Source: Alphaproteobacteria bacterium (GTDB taxonomy: Bacteria; Pseudomonadota; Alphaproteobacteria; Bin95). From it: a stretch of 64,000 bases of DNA. Positions 1 through 8,946 of the stretch are shown here, one piece after another. Position numbers and translations under genes: made by a program. Under the pieces are notes generated by a model. The model had not been told where the DNA came from, did not search any database, and saw nothing but the letters and a program-made list of their open reading frames with translations. Numbering within the stretch: the first letter of the stretch is position 1; the number at the start of each line of letters is the position of its first letter. Location of the stretch: positions 1,152,001-1,216,000 of the forward strand of contig OZ219787.1 of assembly GCA_964291285.2 (NCBI GenBank), in the 5' to 3' direction.

Positions 1-391
1 TGCCGAAGTGGGCCCAGTCGACCTGGGCCTGCTCGCCGGGCAGGGCCTTGAGGCGCAGATAGGCCTCGGCCACCGGCCGCGGACGCTCGGGCGCGATCAT
101 GCGCCGGAAGTGGCTCTCGCACCCCCGGTAACCGCGCTCGACCGCCATCCGGTAGAGCCGGCTGGAGGGCAACTTCGGCCAGACCGCCAGGGTCTGGCGG
201 ACGAAGGGCAGGAACGGATCGATCATCGAAGATCTGCGCCGCTTCTCAGGCGTGGGCGCCCCGGCGGCCGCCACCGCGCGCTCGACCGTGCCGTGGTGGA
301 CGCCGAGCTGGCGCGCGATCGTGCCGATCCGCCACTTCTCGGCAAAATACAGCCGCAGGATCTCGGCCCGGGTCTGCTGGTCGATCGCCAT
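1..391 (-). CDS. istA: IS21-family transposase IstA, N-terminal part (runs off window)
   Basis: Manual translation from ATG at 391: MAIDQQTRAEILRLYFAEKWRIGTIARQLGVHHGTVERA...SRLYRMAVERGYRG...LPGEQAQVDWAHFG; HTH plus PGEQAQVDW is typical of IstA. Not in ORF track because there is no stop in the window. Confidence 0.9.
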   Translation of the reverse strand, partial: MAIDQQTRAEILRLYFAEKWRIGTIARQLGVHHGTVERAVAAAGAPTPEKRRRSSMIDPFLPFVRQTLAVWPKLPSSRLYRMAVERGYRGCESHFRRMIAPERPRPVAEAYLRLKALPGEQAQVDWAHFG

Positions 392-392
392 C

Positions 393-827
393 TCACTCCC
401 TTCGCGCCGGGCGCAGGCCCGGATAGACCGCCCGGGCGCAGAACCGCCCGCAGTGATCGCAGCGGAACACTCCGGCGGGACGGTCGGGTCCGAAGGGCCT
501 CCTTCCCGAGCGCCCCGCCGGCATGCCCGCCACAACAGGACGGCGCGGTGAACGGGTCAAAGGGTGATGCGTCACTTTCTGCGCACGGCGCCCCTCCTCA
601 GGCGCACGGACGCGACGGCGCTCGCGGTAGCGCCGCTGGCGTTCGGCATGCTTGTGACGGCCCCGCCGGCTGTTCTGGTAGCGACGCCCGGCAAGGCGCA
701 GCGAGCGCCGCCGCGCCCGGCCGCTGCACGGACGCGAGCAGTAGATGTTGCCGTGGTCGCACCGCCGGCACAGCACAACCTGGCGATGGCACGAAGCGCA
801 GGTGAACAGGCGGGCGGCGTTCCTCAT
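393..827 (-). CDS. Cys-rich basic accessory protein upstream of istA (putative Zn-binding)
   Basis: CxxC-x6-CxxCDxGxxYCxxxC, Arg-rich helix, C-terminal CDHCGRFC; stop lies 1 nt before the istA ATG. Confidence 0.7.
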   Translation of the reverse strand: MRNAARLFTCASCHRQVVLCRRCDHGNIYCSRPCSGRARRRSLRLAGRRYQNSRRGRHKHAERQRRYRERRRVRAPEEGRRAQKVTHHPLTRSPRRPVVAGMPAGRSGRRPFGPDRPAGVFRCDHCGRFCARAVYPGLRPARRE

Positions 828-1208
828 CGCAAAGACCGATGAGAACGGGGTGGACCCACGCCCGAACGCCTACGATACTGCGCATACGGGCCGTGCCTTG
901 CATGGCTCGGGGGGTGCGGCGCCGGTCGTTGCCACCTAGCAAACGGGGCCGGCGCCGCATCGTTCTCAGCAGCCCCAGTCTACCCCCTCGCGCAGCCCGG
1001 CGACCCCCGCCGACAGCGCCAGGACACCCTCCCCTCGGCAGGCGAAAATATCAACGCGACGGGGGCCGGCGACTCCAGTCGGGCTACGCCCTCCTTCCGT
1101 CCCAGGCCCCCGTCACAAACACCGCCGCACCACAATCACTGCGATCATCACGCCCCGCAAAAACGCGCAACGCCAGCAAATAAGCGCCTTTTACGACCGT
1201 CACCTACA

Positions 1209-1343
1209 GCGTTCGAGCCTGCGCCACGCGGCGATGGAAGACACGCTCACGCGGAACCGTTCCGCCGCCTCCCGGAAGCTCAGCCCTTCGGCGACCGTTT
1301 CGAGCACCCGGCGCCTCAGGTCCGGGGAAAGGGGTTTCGGCAT
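1209..1343 (-). pseudogene. IS630-OrfA-like HTH gene (copy 1), truncated by IS21
   Basis: Manual translation MPKPLSPDLRRRVLETVAEGLSFREAAERFRVSVSSIAAWRRLER|; RBS GGGAGG upstream; frame enters the IS21 end and stops. Confidence 0.75.
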
Positions 1344-1373
1344 GTCCGCCGGACCTCCCGCGCCGGCGGGGCC

Positions 1374-1402
1374 GGTTTAGAACATAACGGGAATATTGTA
1401 AA
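1374..1402 (-). promoter_or_regulatory. sigma70-like promoter with LexA (SOS) box
   Basis: Minus strand TTTACA-N17-TAAACC; spacer holds GAAC-ATAACGG-GAAT (+ strand 1380-1394), close to the alphaproteobacterial GAAC-N7-GAAC consensus. Confidence 0.65.
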
Positions 1403-1471
1403 GGACTGCCGCGCCGGCCCGGCCCCATGCGTCGCGAGGCCCCGGATCGGGGTCGGGGGCGGCCGGCGGCG

Positions 1472-2257
1472 CTACATGCCTTCGCAGACCACCGGATTGG
1501 AGAGGGTGCCGAGCCCGGAAATCTCGATTTCGCAGAGGTCGCCGTGCGCCATGTTCGGGCCGGCGCCTTCCGTGCCCATCCAGACCACGTCGCCCGGCAC
1601 CAGCGTCAGATAGCGGGACATGCGGGCGATGAAGGTCTCGACGGAGAAGATCATCGAGTCGGTGGCGAAGCGGATCGTCTCCTCGCCGTTCAGCCGCACG
1701 ACCGTTTCCGTCCCGGCCGGGTCGAACTCCGTGTCGATCCAGGGGCCCATCGGCGCGAAGCTGTCGGTGTTCTTGGCGCGCCAGAGCGTGCGGTCATGCG
1801 CCTGCCAGTGGCGCTCCGAGACGTCGTTGCCGATGGTGTAGCCGAGCAGGTGGGCGCGCACCTCGTCCTCGCGGATATTGCGCGCGGTCCGGCCGATCAC
1901 CGCCACCAGTTCGGCCTCGTATTGCACGCGCCCGGTTGCGTCCGCCGGGATGACGATGGGCTGCTTGTGGCCGGTTAGCGCGTTGACGGCGCGGTAGCCG
2001 ATGTCCGCGCTCTCCGGCAGGGACGGTATCTCGCCGCGCTTGTTGGCCGCCGCCACCGCATGTTCGGGATAGTTGAGGCCGGCGGCGTAGAAGGTGGGCG
2101 GCACGACCGGCGGCAGGAAGGCGGCGGTCTCCAGCGCGACCCGTTCTCCGGTCGGCGCATGCCCGTCGAAGGGGGATCCCTCGACGGTTGCGATGCTGTC
2201 CCCCTCGACGATGCCGTAGCGGGGTCCGTCCGCCGTCCCGATCCGCGCCCAGCGCAT
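1472..2257 (-). CDS. Fumarylacetoacetate hydrolase family protein
   Basis: GLNY, YEAELVAVIG, GYTIGNDVSER, KNTDSFAPMGPW, GDVVWMGT motifs; start MRWARIG. Confidence 0.92.
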   Translation of the reverse strand: MRWARIGTADGPRYGIVEGDSIATVEGSPFDGHAPTGERVALETAAFLPPVVPPTFYAAGLNYPEHAVAAANKRGEIPSLPESADIGYRAVNALTGHKQPIVIPADATGRVQYEAELVAVIGRTARNIREDEVRAHLLGYTIGNDVSERHWQAHDRTLWRAKNTDSFAPMGPWIDTEFDPAGTETVVRLNGEETIRFATDSMIFSVETFIARMSRYLTLVPGDVVWMGTEGAGPNMAHGDLCEIEISGLGTLSNPVVCEGM

Positions 2258-2400
2258 GGCGCTCCCTCCCACATGCCCGTTCCGGGCCCGCCATTGGTGG
2301 CGCGCACCCGACGGCCGGTCAAGTCCGGCGCAGTGTCCCCGGCGTCCCGCAGCCGGCATAATGGCGGCTCCATCGCCTGTTAGGGAAAGGGCAGAGGCAC

Positions 2401-3993
2401 ATGGTCGATCTCGCGCATCTCACGCTTGCCGGGGCCTCGCGGGCCATTGCGGCGGGGCAGTTGTCGTCGGTCGATCTGGTGGAGGCGACGCTCGCGCGGA
2501 TCGAGGCTTATGACGCCCGCCTGAACAGCCATGTGACGGTGATGGCGGAAAGCGCGCTCGCGGACGCCAGGGCGGCGGATGCGGAGATCGCCGCCGGACG
2601 CAGGCGCGGGCCGCTGCACGGCGTCACCGTCGCGCTCAAGGACATCTACGACACGGAAGGCGTGCTGACGGCGGGCGGCTCGAAGACCCGGCAGGACCGC
2701 GTGCCGGACGAGGACGCCGAGACCGTGCGCCGGCTGAAAGCGGCGGGCGCGGTCATCACCGGCAAGCTCGCCACGCATGAGTTCGCGCATGGCGGCCCGA
2801 GCTTCGACCTGCCCTGGCCGCCCGCCCGGAACCCCTGGAACACCGACCACTTCTCCGGCGGCTCGTCGAGCGGCTCCGGCGTCGCGGTGGCGGCGGGGCT
2901 GTGCCTGGGCGCGCTCGGCACCGACACGGGCGGCTCGATCCGCGGGCCCGCGGCGCTCTCCGGGGTCGCCGGGCTGATGCCGAGCTACGGGCTGGTCAGC
3001 CGGCGCGGCGTCATTCCCAACTCCTTCACCTTCGACCATTGCGGGCCGCTGGCCTGGACGGCGGAGGACTGCGCGCTGCTGCTCGATGCGCTGGCCGGCC
3101 ATGACCCTGAGGACCCGCGCTCCTCGACCCGCCCGCAGCACCCCGCGCCGCCTTCCATGGCCGGGCTCCGCGTCGGCCTTCTGCGCCACTACTGGGAGGA
3201 GGACCTGAAGTGCGCGCCGGAGATGGCCGCGGCCTGCGAACGCATGGCGGAGGTTTTCCGCAGCCTCGGCGCAAGCGTGGAGACCGCCCGCATGCCGCCG
3301 GTGCAGGACTGGTACGACGTCAAGATCACCATTGCCGAGAGCGAGCTCTTCAACGTCCACCGGCGCGACCTGCAGACGCGCCCGCGCGATTTCGGCCAGG
3401 ACTTCCTCTCCCGCGCGCTCGGCGCGGTCTGCTACACCTCGCAGGACTATATCGCCGCGCACCGGCGCTGGCGCCAGCTCCGCCGGGCGATGGAGCCGGT
3501 CTATGAGCGCTTCGACATATTGGTCGCGCCCTCGGCGACAGGCCCCGCGCCGCGCCTCGACGCGCACGACACCGCGAACTTCTGGCTCCATCCCAGCATC
3601 ACCACCCCCTTCGACGTGACCGGCGGCCCGGCGCTGACGATCACGGCCGGCTTCTCGGAAAGCGGCCTGCCGCTCGGCGTGCAGATCGCCGCCGCTCCCT
3701 TCCATGACCGGGTGGTTCTGGCGGCAGGCCAGGCCTTCGAGCAAGCCACCGAATGGCGCGACCGCCGACCGTTGCTTGAAGCGGGCCCGCCGCCGGAGCG
3801 CGAGGCGGTGTCCCTGCCCGCGCCCGTCCTTCCGCCCGAGGGGGAATTGCTGGACGAAGTGCGGATGCTCGCCGCCGCCGCCGGCCTGCCGGACGACGAT
3901 TATGTACTGGCCCTCATAGCCGAAGGCGCCCCCCACGCCCGCGCCATGGGCCGACGGCTGGACCGGGACTACGGATATAGCGACGAGATTTGA
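2401..3993 (+). CDS. Amidase-signature family enzyme with C-terminal extension
   Basis: LHGVTVALKD, GGSSSGSG, GTDTGGSIRGPA (Ser-cisSer-Lys triad). Confidence 0.92.
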   Translation: MVDLAHLTLAGASRAIAAGQLSSVDLVEATLARIEAYDARLNSHVTVMAESALADARAADAEIAAGRRRGPLHGVTVALKDIYDTEGVLTAGGSKTRQDRVPDEDAETVRRLKAAGAVITGKLATHEFAHGGPSFDLPWPPARNPWNTDHFSGGSSSGSGVAVAAGLCLGALGTDTGGSIRGPAALSGVAGLMPSYGLVSRRGVIPNSFTFDHCGPLAWTAEDCALLLDALAGHDPEDPRSSTRPQHPAPPSMAGLRVGLLRHYWEEDLKCAPEMAAACERMAEVFRSLGASVETARMPPVQDWYDVKITIAESELFNVHRRDLQTRPRDFGQDFLSRALGAVCYTSQDYIAAHRRWRQLRRAMEPVYERFDILVAPSATGPAPRLDAHDTANFWLHPSITTPFDVTGGPALTITAGFSESGLPLGVQIAAAPFHDRVVLAAGQAFEQATEWRDRRPLLEAGPPPEREAVSLPAPVLPPEGELLDEVRMLAAAAGLPDDDYVLALIAEGAPHARAMGRRLDRDYGYSDEI

Positions 3994-4090
3994 AGTTGCT
4001 TGGACAGAAACCGGGGGCGATCCTGCGCGTTCGGATGGAAGGCGGGGGCCGGTAGCTACTCTACCGGGCGTTGGCGCCTTGCTTCTCCTC

Positions 4091-4111
4091 ATGTATCATC
4101 ATATGATACAT
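4091..4111. promoter_or_regulatory. Palindromic operator upstream of higBA
   Basis: ATGTATCAT-CAT-ATGATACAT perfect 9-bp inverted repeat 7 nt before the toxin ATG. Confidence 0.7.
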
Positions 4112-4118
4112 TCGTGCT

Positions 4119-4400
4119 ATGATCGTCAGCACCAAGGGCAAACGGGCCGCGGAAGCGGTTGCAGGCCGCTACGGTAAGGGCTTTCCGACGGATCTGACAA
4201 AACGGACGCGCGCCATGCTCTCGGCGATGAATGCGGCAACGGTCCTTGAAGATCTCCGGTTTCCTCCGGGAAACCATCTGGAGCGGCTCAAGGGCGATAG
4301 AACCGGTCAACATTCGGTTCGTATCAACGATCAATGGCGCATCTGCTTTGTGTGGACCGAGCAGGGGCCGGCAGACGTCGAGATCGTGGACTATCACTGA
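4119..4400 (+). CDS. higB: HigB (RelE/ParE-like) toxin
   Basis: LEDLRFPPGNHLERLKGDRTGQHSVRINDQWRICF...VEIVDYH. Confidence 0.93.
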   Translation: MIVSTKGKRAAEAVAGRYGKGFPTDLTKRTRAMLSAMNAATVLEDLRFPPGNHLERLKGDRTGQHSVRINDQWRICFVWTEQGPADVEIVDYH

Positions 4401-4411
4401 AGGGACCTGGG

Positions 4412-4702
4412 ATGACCTTGTTGAAAAATCCGTCTCATCCGGGGGAGGTGCTTGCTCTCCTCTACCTGGAGCCGCTCGGGATGAGCGCGCCCGCGCTCGC
4501 AAAGCGCCTGGGCGTGCCCCGGACGCGGATCGAGCGTCTCGTGAAGGGCGAAACCTCGGTGAGCGTGGACACCGCGATGCGCCTCTCGAAGTTCTTCGGT
4601 AATACCGCGGAGTTCTGGATGAACCTGCAGCGCGCCTGCGATCTCGCCCGGGCCCGCGAAACCCTCGACCTGTCCGGTATCGAACCCCTCGCAGCGGCCT
4701 GA
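4412..4702 (+). CDS. higA: HigA antitoxin (XRE HTH)
   Basis: HPGEVL...LAKRLGVPRTRIERLVKG...AEFWMNLQ; follows higB. Confidence 0.93.
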   Translation: MTLLKNPSHPGEVLALLYLEPLGMSAPALAKRLGVPRTRIERLVKGETSVSVDTAMRLSKFFGNTAEFWMNLQRACDLARARETLDLSGIEPLAAA

Positions 4703-4766
4703 ATCTTGCGGCAGCGATATAACCAAATGCCCATCGGGCGTACTGCGGGATTTTTTCCGGCCAGCT

Positions 4767-4973
4767 TCAGAGCATCTTGAAATAGCGGAAGGCGCGCCCG
4801 ATTGAGTTCTGCTTCCTGGACGGGCACGGGTGCTTGCGAGCATTGCCATGTCGGTTTGGAGCATCGCGCCGCTCAAGGCCGTAAAGTTCCTTACAATGCG
4901 CAATCCAGCACGTTTTCGGTGTCCATCCGTAATGTTCTCGAACCCAGTTCTGGATCTCCTTGTATGTTGCCAT
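4767..4973 (-). CDS. Small conserved hypothetical protein (68 aa)
   Basis: ATYKEIQNWVREHYG...IAHCKELYGL...PCP...AFRYFKML; recalled resemblance to a domain appended to some RlmD-type methyltransferases. Confidence 0.65.
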   Translation of the reverse strand: MATYKEIQNWVREHYGWTPKTCWIAHCKELYGLERRDAPNRHGNARKHPCPSRKQNSIGRAFRYFKML

Positions 4974-5032
4974 TTCGCGATGTTCCTTGCCGAAAGCACG
5001 TTATGTAATAGAGGGTCAATTTGGGTCCACGC

Positions 5033-5410
5033 TTACCAGCGCCGGTCGACGGCCGTGGCGTCGAAGACCTTGTCGACAGATACCAGGGCGCAATTCTCGA
5101 GTAGCGCCTGAGCGGCCAGCAGGCGGTCCCAAGGGTCGCGGTGTTCCCAATCGAGCAGGGCCGCATATTCGGCATGGCCGTGGGTGACGGGCAGTTCCTC
5201 TACCGCGTTGCGCCTCAACGCAGCCCGCAATTCCTGCGGCGGCAGATTCACCCGACGACGTCCGGCCTTGAGTTCGATCTCGTAGATCGAGACCGCGCTG
5301 ACGAGCAGCTCATTCGCACGGTCGAGGATCAGGGCGCGCGCCGTTTCAGACAGCCGGGCGCTCCCCGTCAGCCACCAATAGACGGCATGGCTGTCCAGCA
5401 GCAGTCTCAC
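5033..5410 (-). CDS. vapC: VapC PIN-domain toxin
   Basis: LLLDSH, SAVSIYEI, HRDPWDRLLAAQA, LVSVD. Confidence 0.92.
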   Translation of the reverse strand: MRLLLDSHAVYWWLTGSARLSETARALILDRANELLVSAVSIYEIELKAGRRRVNLPPQELRAALRRNAVEELPVTHGHAEYAALLDWEHRDPWDRLLAAQALLENCALVSVDKVFDATAVDRRW

Positions 5411-5697
5411 TCGGGATCGGGAGTTCCGCGCCAGATGCCGAGGGAGTCGTTGTATTCCCCGGCGTCGATTGCGGCCTGTTCCGGATCGCCACCGTCGAAG
5501 AGGTCGTCCGGCAGGCCGAGATGCCCGAGCGGCGCGGCCTCCCGGCCCGCTGCCTCGGTCGGGGGGACGATGCGGGCGTGGGGCTCCCGCCCCTTGGCGA
5601 TGACGATTTCCTCGCCAGACTTCGCCCGCGCCAGGAGTTCCGAAAACCGGGCGCGCGCCTCAGCGATCTTGTAGGTGGCCGGCGGCATGGATTCCAT
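5407..5697 (-). CDS. Phd/YefM-family antitoxin
   Basis: IAEARARFSELLARAKSGEEIVIAKGREPHARIVP; 4-nt overlap with vapC; start 5697 or 5688. Confidence 0.88.
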   Translation of the reverse strand: MESMPPATYKIAEARARFSELLARAKSGEEIVIAKGREPHARIVPPTEAAGREAAPLGHLGLPDDLFDGGDPEQAAIDAGEYNDSLGIWRGTPDPE

Positions 5698-5887
5698 CCC
5701 GATGTTGTACCCGGCCTCCCGGCACGGAGCGGCGCCAAGAGGTCGATAGAAATGTACATCAAGGTTGGTCAATTGCAAGCTGGACCGAACGGCATACTCC
5801 GTCACTGCAAGGCGCGCTATGGCCAGCCGCCCCAACCCGGATTATTCCTGCAGGGACGGGAACCGTTGGCGGACGGGAGGACGGGGC

Positions 5888-6499
5888 ATGGCGATCGTGC
5901 TTTACCACTGCGCCCATGCGCGCTCGATGCGGTGCGTGTGGACCCTGGAGGAGATGGGGCTCGACTACGAGCTGGTGACGCTGGAGTTCCCGCCGCGCGC
6001 CCACCACAAGGACTACAAGCAGGTGAACCCGCTCGGCACGGTGCCCTGCCTGGTCGACGGTGACGCCTGGATGACGGAGTCGGGCGCCATCTGCCACTAC
6101 CTGGTGGACCGCTACGGCCCGACGCCGCTCCGCGTGGCGCCCGACGAACCGGACTATCCGCTCTGGCTCGACTGGCTGCATCGCAGCGACGCCACGCTCA
6201 CCTTCCCGCAGACGCTGGTCTTCCGCTACCGCGACCTCGAGCCGGAGGAGCGGCGCCTGCCGCAGGTCGTGGAGGACTACAGGCTCTGGTTCCTCGGCCG
6301 GCTCCGGGTGCTGGAAGCGGCGCTGGAAAGCCGCGACTATCTCTGTTCGGGACGCTTCACGATTGCCGATATCGCCATCGTCTGGGCGCTGCATTTCGCC
6401 GGGCGGATCGGCATCGAGGAAGCCTTCACGCCCAATATCCAGGCCTATTGGGACCGCACGACAAACCGCCCCGCCTTCGCCCGCGCCGCGGCGCTCTGA
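5888..6499 (+). CDS. Glutathione S-transferase family protein
   Basis: RCVWTLEEMGLDY, VNPLGTVPCL, ESGAICHYL, FTIADI. Confidence 0.93.
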   Translation: MAIVLYHCAHARSMRCVWTLEEMGLDYELVTLEFPPRAHHKDYKQVNPLGTVPCLVDGDAWMTESGAICHYLVDRYGPTPLRVAPDEPDYPLWLDWLHRSDATLTFPQTLVFRYRDLEPEERRLPQVVEDYRLWFLGRLRVLEAALESRDYLCSGRFTIADIAIVWALHFAGRIGIEEAFTPNIQAYWDRTTNRPAFARAAAL

Positions 6500-6638
6500 G
6501 CCGGAGAGCGCGCAGGAAAATTCTGCCGGGTCGGGCGCTAAACGATATTGACGAACCCTCGCCGGCGCGGCCGGATACTGCCAGTCGGTCAACCGGTCGG
6601 GGGCGCTGGCGCACCCGACCTGCTGCGAGTACACCGCC

Positions 6639-7754
6639 ATGGTTGCTGCGCCCCGCTTCACCCGCTTGGTTGAAAGCCTGCCCTCGACGATCCCGTTCGT
6701 CGGTCCGGAGACGCTGGAGCGCCGCCGGGGGGAGGCGTTCCGCGTCCGCGTCGGTGCGAACGAAAGCGCCTTCGGCATCTCTCCCAAGGCCGCCAGGGCC
6801 ATGCGCGAGGCCACCCGGAACATCTCCTGGTACAACGACCCGGAGGGCCATGAACTCCGGAGCGCTATCGCCGCGCTCCACGGCGTTTCCATGGACGAGG
6901 TGCTGCTCGGTGCCGGCATCGACGAGATGCTGGGCAATGTCGTGCGGCTGGTCGTCGAGCCGGGAGCGCCGGTGGTCACCTCGCTCGGCGCCTATCCGAC
7001 CTTCAACTACCATGTCGCGGGCTTCGGCGGCGTGCTGGAAGCCGTGCCCTACCGCGACGACCGGATCGACCTGGAAGCCCTGCTCGACGCGGTGTTCCGG
7101 CTGGAGGCGCCGCTCGTCTTCCTCGCCAACCCCGACAACCCGATGGGCACCTGGCACGACGCGGCCGCGGTACGCGCCTTCATCGACGAGCTGCCGGAAT
7201 GGACGCTGCTGGTGCTCGACGAGGCCTATATCGATTTCGCGCCCGCCTCGGCGGTGTTTCCCATCGATGCCGACGACCCGCGCGTCATCCGCATGCGGAC
7301 CTTCTCCAAGGCGCACGGCATGGCGGGCGCGCGCATCGGCTACGCGGTCGCGCCCGCCCGGACCATCGGGGGCCTGGGCCGCATCCGCAACCATTTCGGC
7401 GTGAATCGCATCGCTCAGGCGGGCGCGCTCGCCTCGCTCCACGACACGGCGTTCATCACTTCCGTGGTCGATGAGGTCGCGCGCGGGCGCAACGATTATT
7501 ACGCGCTCGCCCAGCGCCTCGGGCTCTCGACCGTTCAGTCCGCGACGAACTTCGTCGCCATAGACATGGGCGGCGACGGAGACCGGGCCCGTGCGGTGCT
7601 GGCGCGGCTCCAGGACGAGGGCGTGTTCGTGCGCATGCCGGGCGTCGCCCCGCTCGACCGCTGCATCCGCGTGACTGTAGGGACGGCGGACGAGCGCGCG
7701 CTGTTCGCGGAGGTTTTCGAGGCCGTGGCCGGCGAATTCGCAGGGCAGGGCTGA
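6639..7754 (+). CDS. PLP-dependent aminotransferase class I/II (HisC-like)
   Basis: GANES, NPDNPMG, VLDEAY, RTFSKAHGMAGARIGY. Confidence 0.9.
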   Translation: MVAAPRFTRLVESLPSTIPFVGPETLERRRGEAFRVRVGANESAFGISPKAARAMREATRNISWYNDPEGHELRSAIAALHGVSMDEVLLGAGIDEMLGNVVRLVVEPGAPVVTSLGAYPTFNYHVAGFGGVLEAVPYRDDRIDLEALLDAVFRLEAPLVFLANPDNPMGTWHDAAAVRAFIDELPEWTLLVLDEAYIDFAPASAVFPIDADDPRVIRMRTFSKAHGMAGARIGYAVAPARTIGGLGRIRNHFGVNRIAQAGALASLHDTAFITSVVDEVARGRNDYYALAQRLGLSTVQSATNFVAIDMGGDGDRARAVLARLQDEGVFVRMPGVAPLDRCIRVTVGTADERALFAEVFEAVAGEFAGQG

Positions 7755-7953
7755 ATGGGAAAGATAGATGCCAGAACCGAGCCATAAGCGACTGTGCTGC
7801 CGCACTCTGAGTCCGCAGGGGTGCCTATTAATGGCTGCGTAGAATTGGTACGCTCCCCATCTATCCGAACAAACCCAATTGATTTATAGAATCGGTTGCC
7901 TCTAGCTTTCAGACAACCTTCTGCTGTCGAAGAGCACGGAAAGGTGCATTAGG

Positions 7954-8931
7954 ATGACACAGCGCGTATTCATCGCTAACTTTGGGCGTGGAAATTATGA
8001 ATGGCCAACTTGCTTGAGAGATTCCACTATTGCTACAATGAACGATGAACATGTTCAGGAATATTGGGCTAATGGAGATCGCGAAAATTATATACAATAT
8101 TGCATCAATAATTTGAAAAGTTCTGGTGGAATTTCACCTACAAGACCGGTTGCGTCTCGTTGGTTTAATCTAATGACAATTGTCTCTGAGTCAGAAGGTG
8201 ATATCTGGATTCACCGTGCTAAAGATGAACTGTGGTGGACTATCTCTTTACACCAACAACCAACCATTACGTTAAAATTAGATCCTAACCCTCTCGAGGG
8301 AAGCGTCAATGTGTATATTTGTCACAAGCCCTGCAAACCGTGGTCAAACAAAAACAAAAATAACTCTCCCCTAATGTGGAAATCTTTACGCCCAAAGGCT
8401 AAGGACTTTATGTTCACCGAGGGCTCATTGCAGAGACTTCAACCAGATAACGCTCAATATGCGCTTGCCCTAATTGAGGGAATAGATTTATCAAAATGGC
8501 ATAATCGTCCCGATTGGAAGAAAAGGCAAATTAATACGCAAAGAACGCCTGTAAATTATCTTAACCCTAGACAAAAATCTATTGTTGATATGGCTATGAC
8601 TGCAGAAGGCACAGCACGGAGTTCACGAGGACAAAAAATTGAAACCCGAGTCAAGAACAAGGAAATTAAGTTTACTCGACAACAGCTTGAAAAATATCTA
8701 GATGCTTTATTACAAGCGCAGGATGGACTATGTGCAATTTCGTCACTGCCACTGCAATATCAAGGTAGTCACGATAATGCAGAATTCCTGTGTTCACTGG
8801 ATAGGATTGACAGTGATGGGCACTACGAACAGGGAAATTTGCAAATTGTATGTAGATTCATAAATCGTTGGAAGCGTGACCAGAATGATGAAGAATTCCG
8901 AAACCTTTTGGACATTGTTCGAGGCATATAG
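7954..8931 (+). CDS. Low-GC protein with C-terminal HNH-like (His-Me finger) nuclease domain
   Basis: CAISSLPL...SLDRIDSDGHYEQGNLQIVCRFINRWK; AT-rich relative to flanks. Confidence 0.7.
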   Translation: MTQRVFIANFGRGNYEWPTCLRDSTIATMNDEHVQEYWANGDRENYIQYCINNLKSSGGISPTRPVASRWFNLMTIVSESEGDIWIHRAKDELWWTISLHQQPTITLKLDPNPLEGSVNVYICHKPCKPWSNKNKNNSPLMWKSLRPKAKDFMFTEGSLQRLQPDNAQYALALIEGIDLSKWHNRPDWKKRQINTQRTPVNYLNPRQKSIVDMAMTAEGTARSSRGQKIETRVKNKEIKFTRQQLEKYLDALLQAQDGLCAISSLPLQYQGSHDNAEFLCSLDRIDSDGHYEQGNLQIVCRFINRWKRDQNDEEFRNLLDIVRGI

Positions 8932-8946
8932 GAGTATGGATGGTTA

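Larger units (their letters stand above)
1..1208 (-). mobile_element. IS21-family element, left end at ~1208
   Basis: Minus strand begins TGTAGGTGACGGTCGTAAAAG (IS21-type 5'-TG end) exactly where an unrelated HTH ORF is cut; istA lies inside. Other end is outside the window. Confidence 0.7.

Noticed and set aside
8-805. 265-aa + strand ORF
   Set aside because: Antisense shadow of istA and its accessory gene.
2401-3993. gatA assignment
   Set aside because: No adjacent gatB/gatC; only generic amidase motifs.
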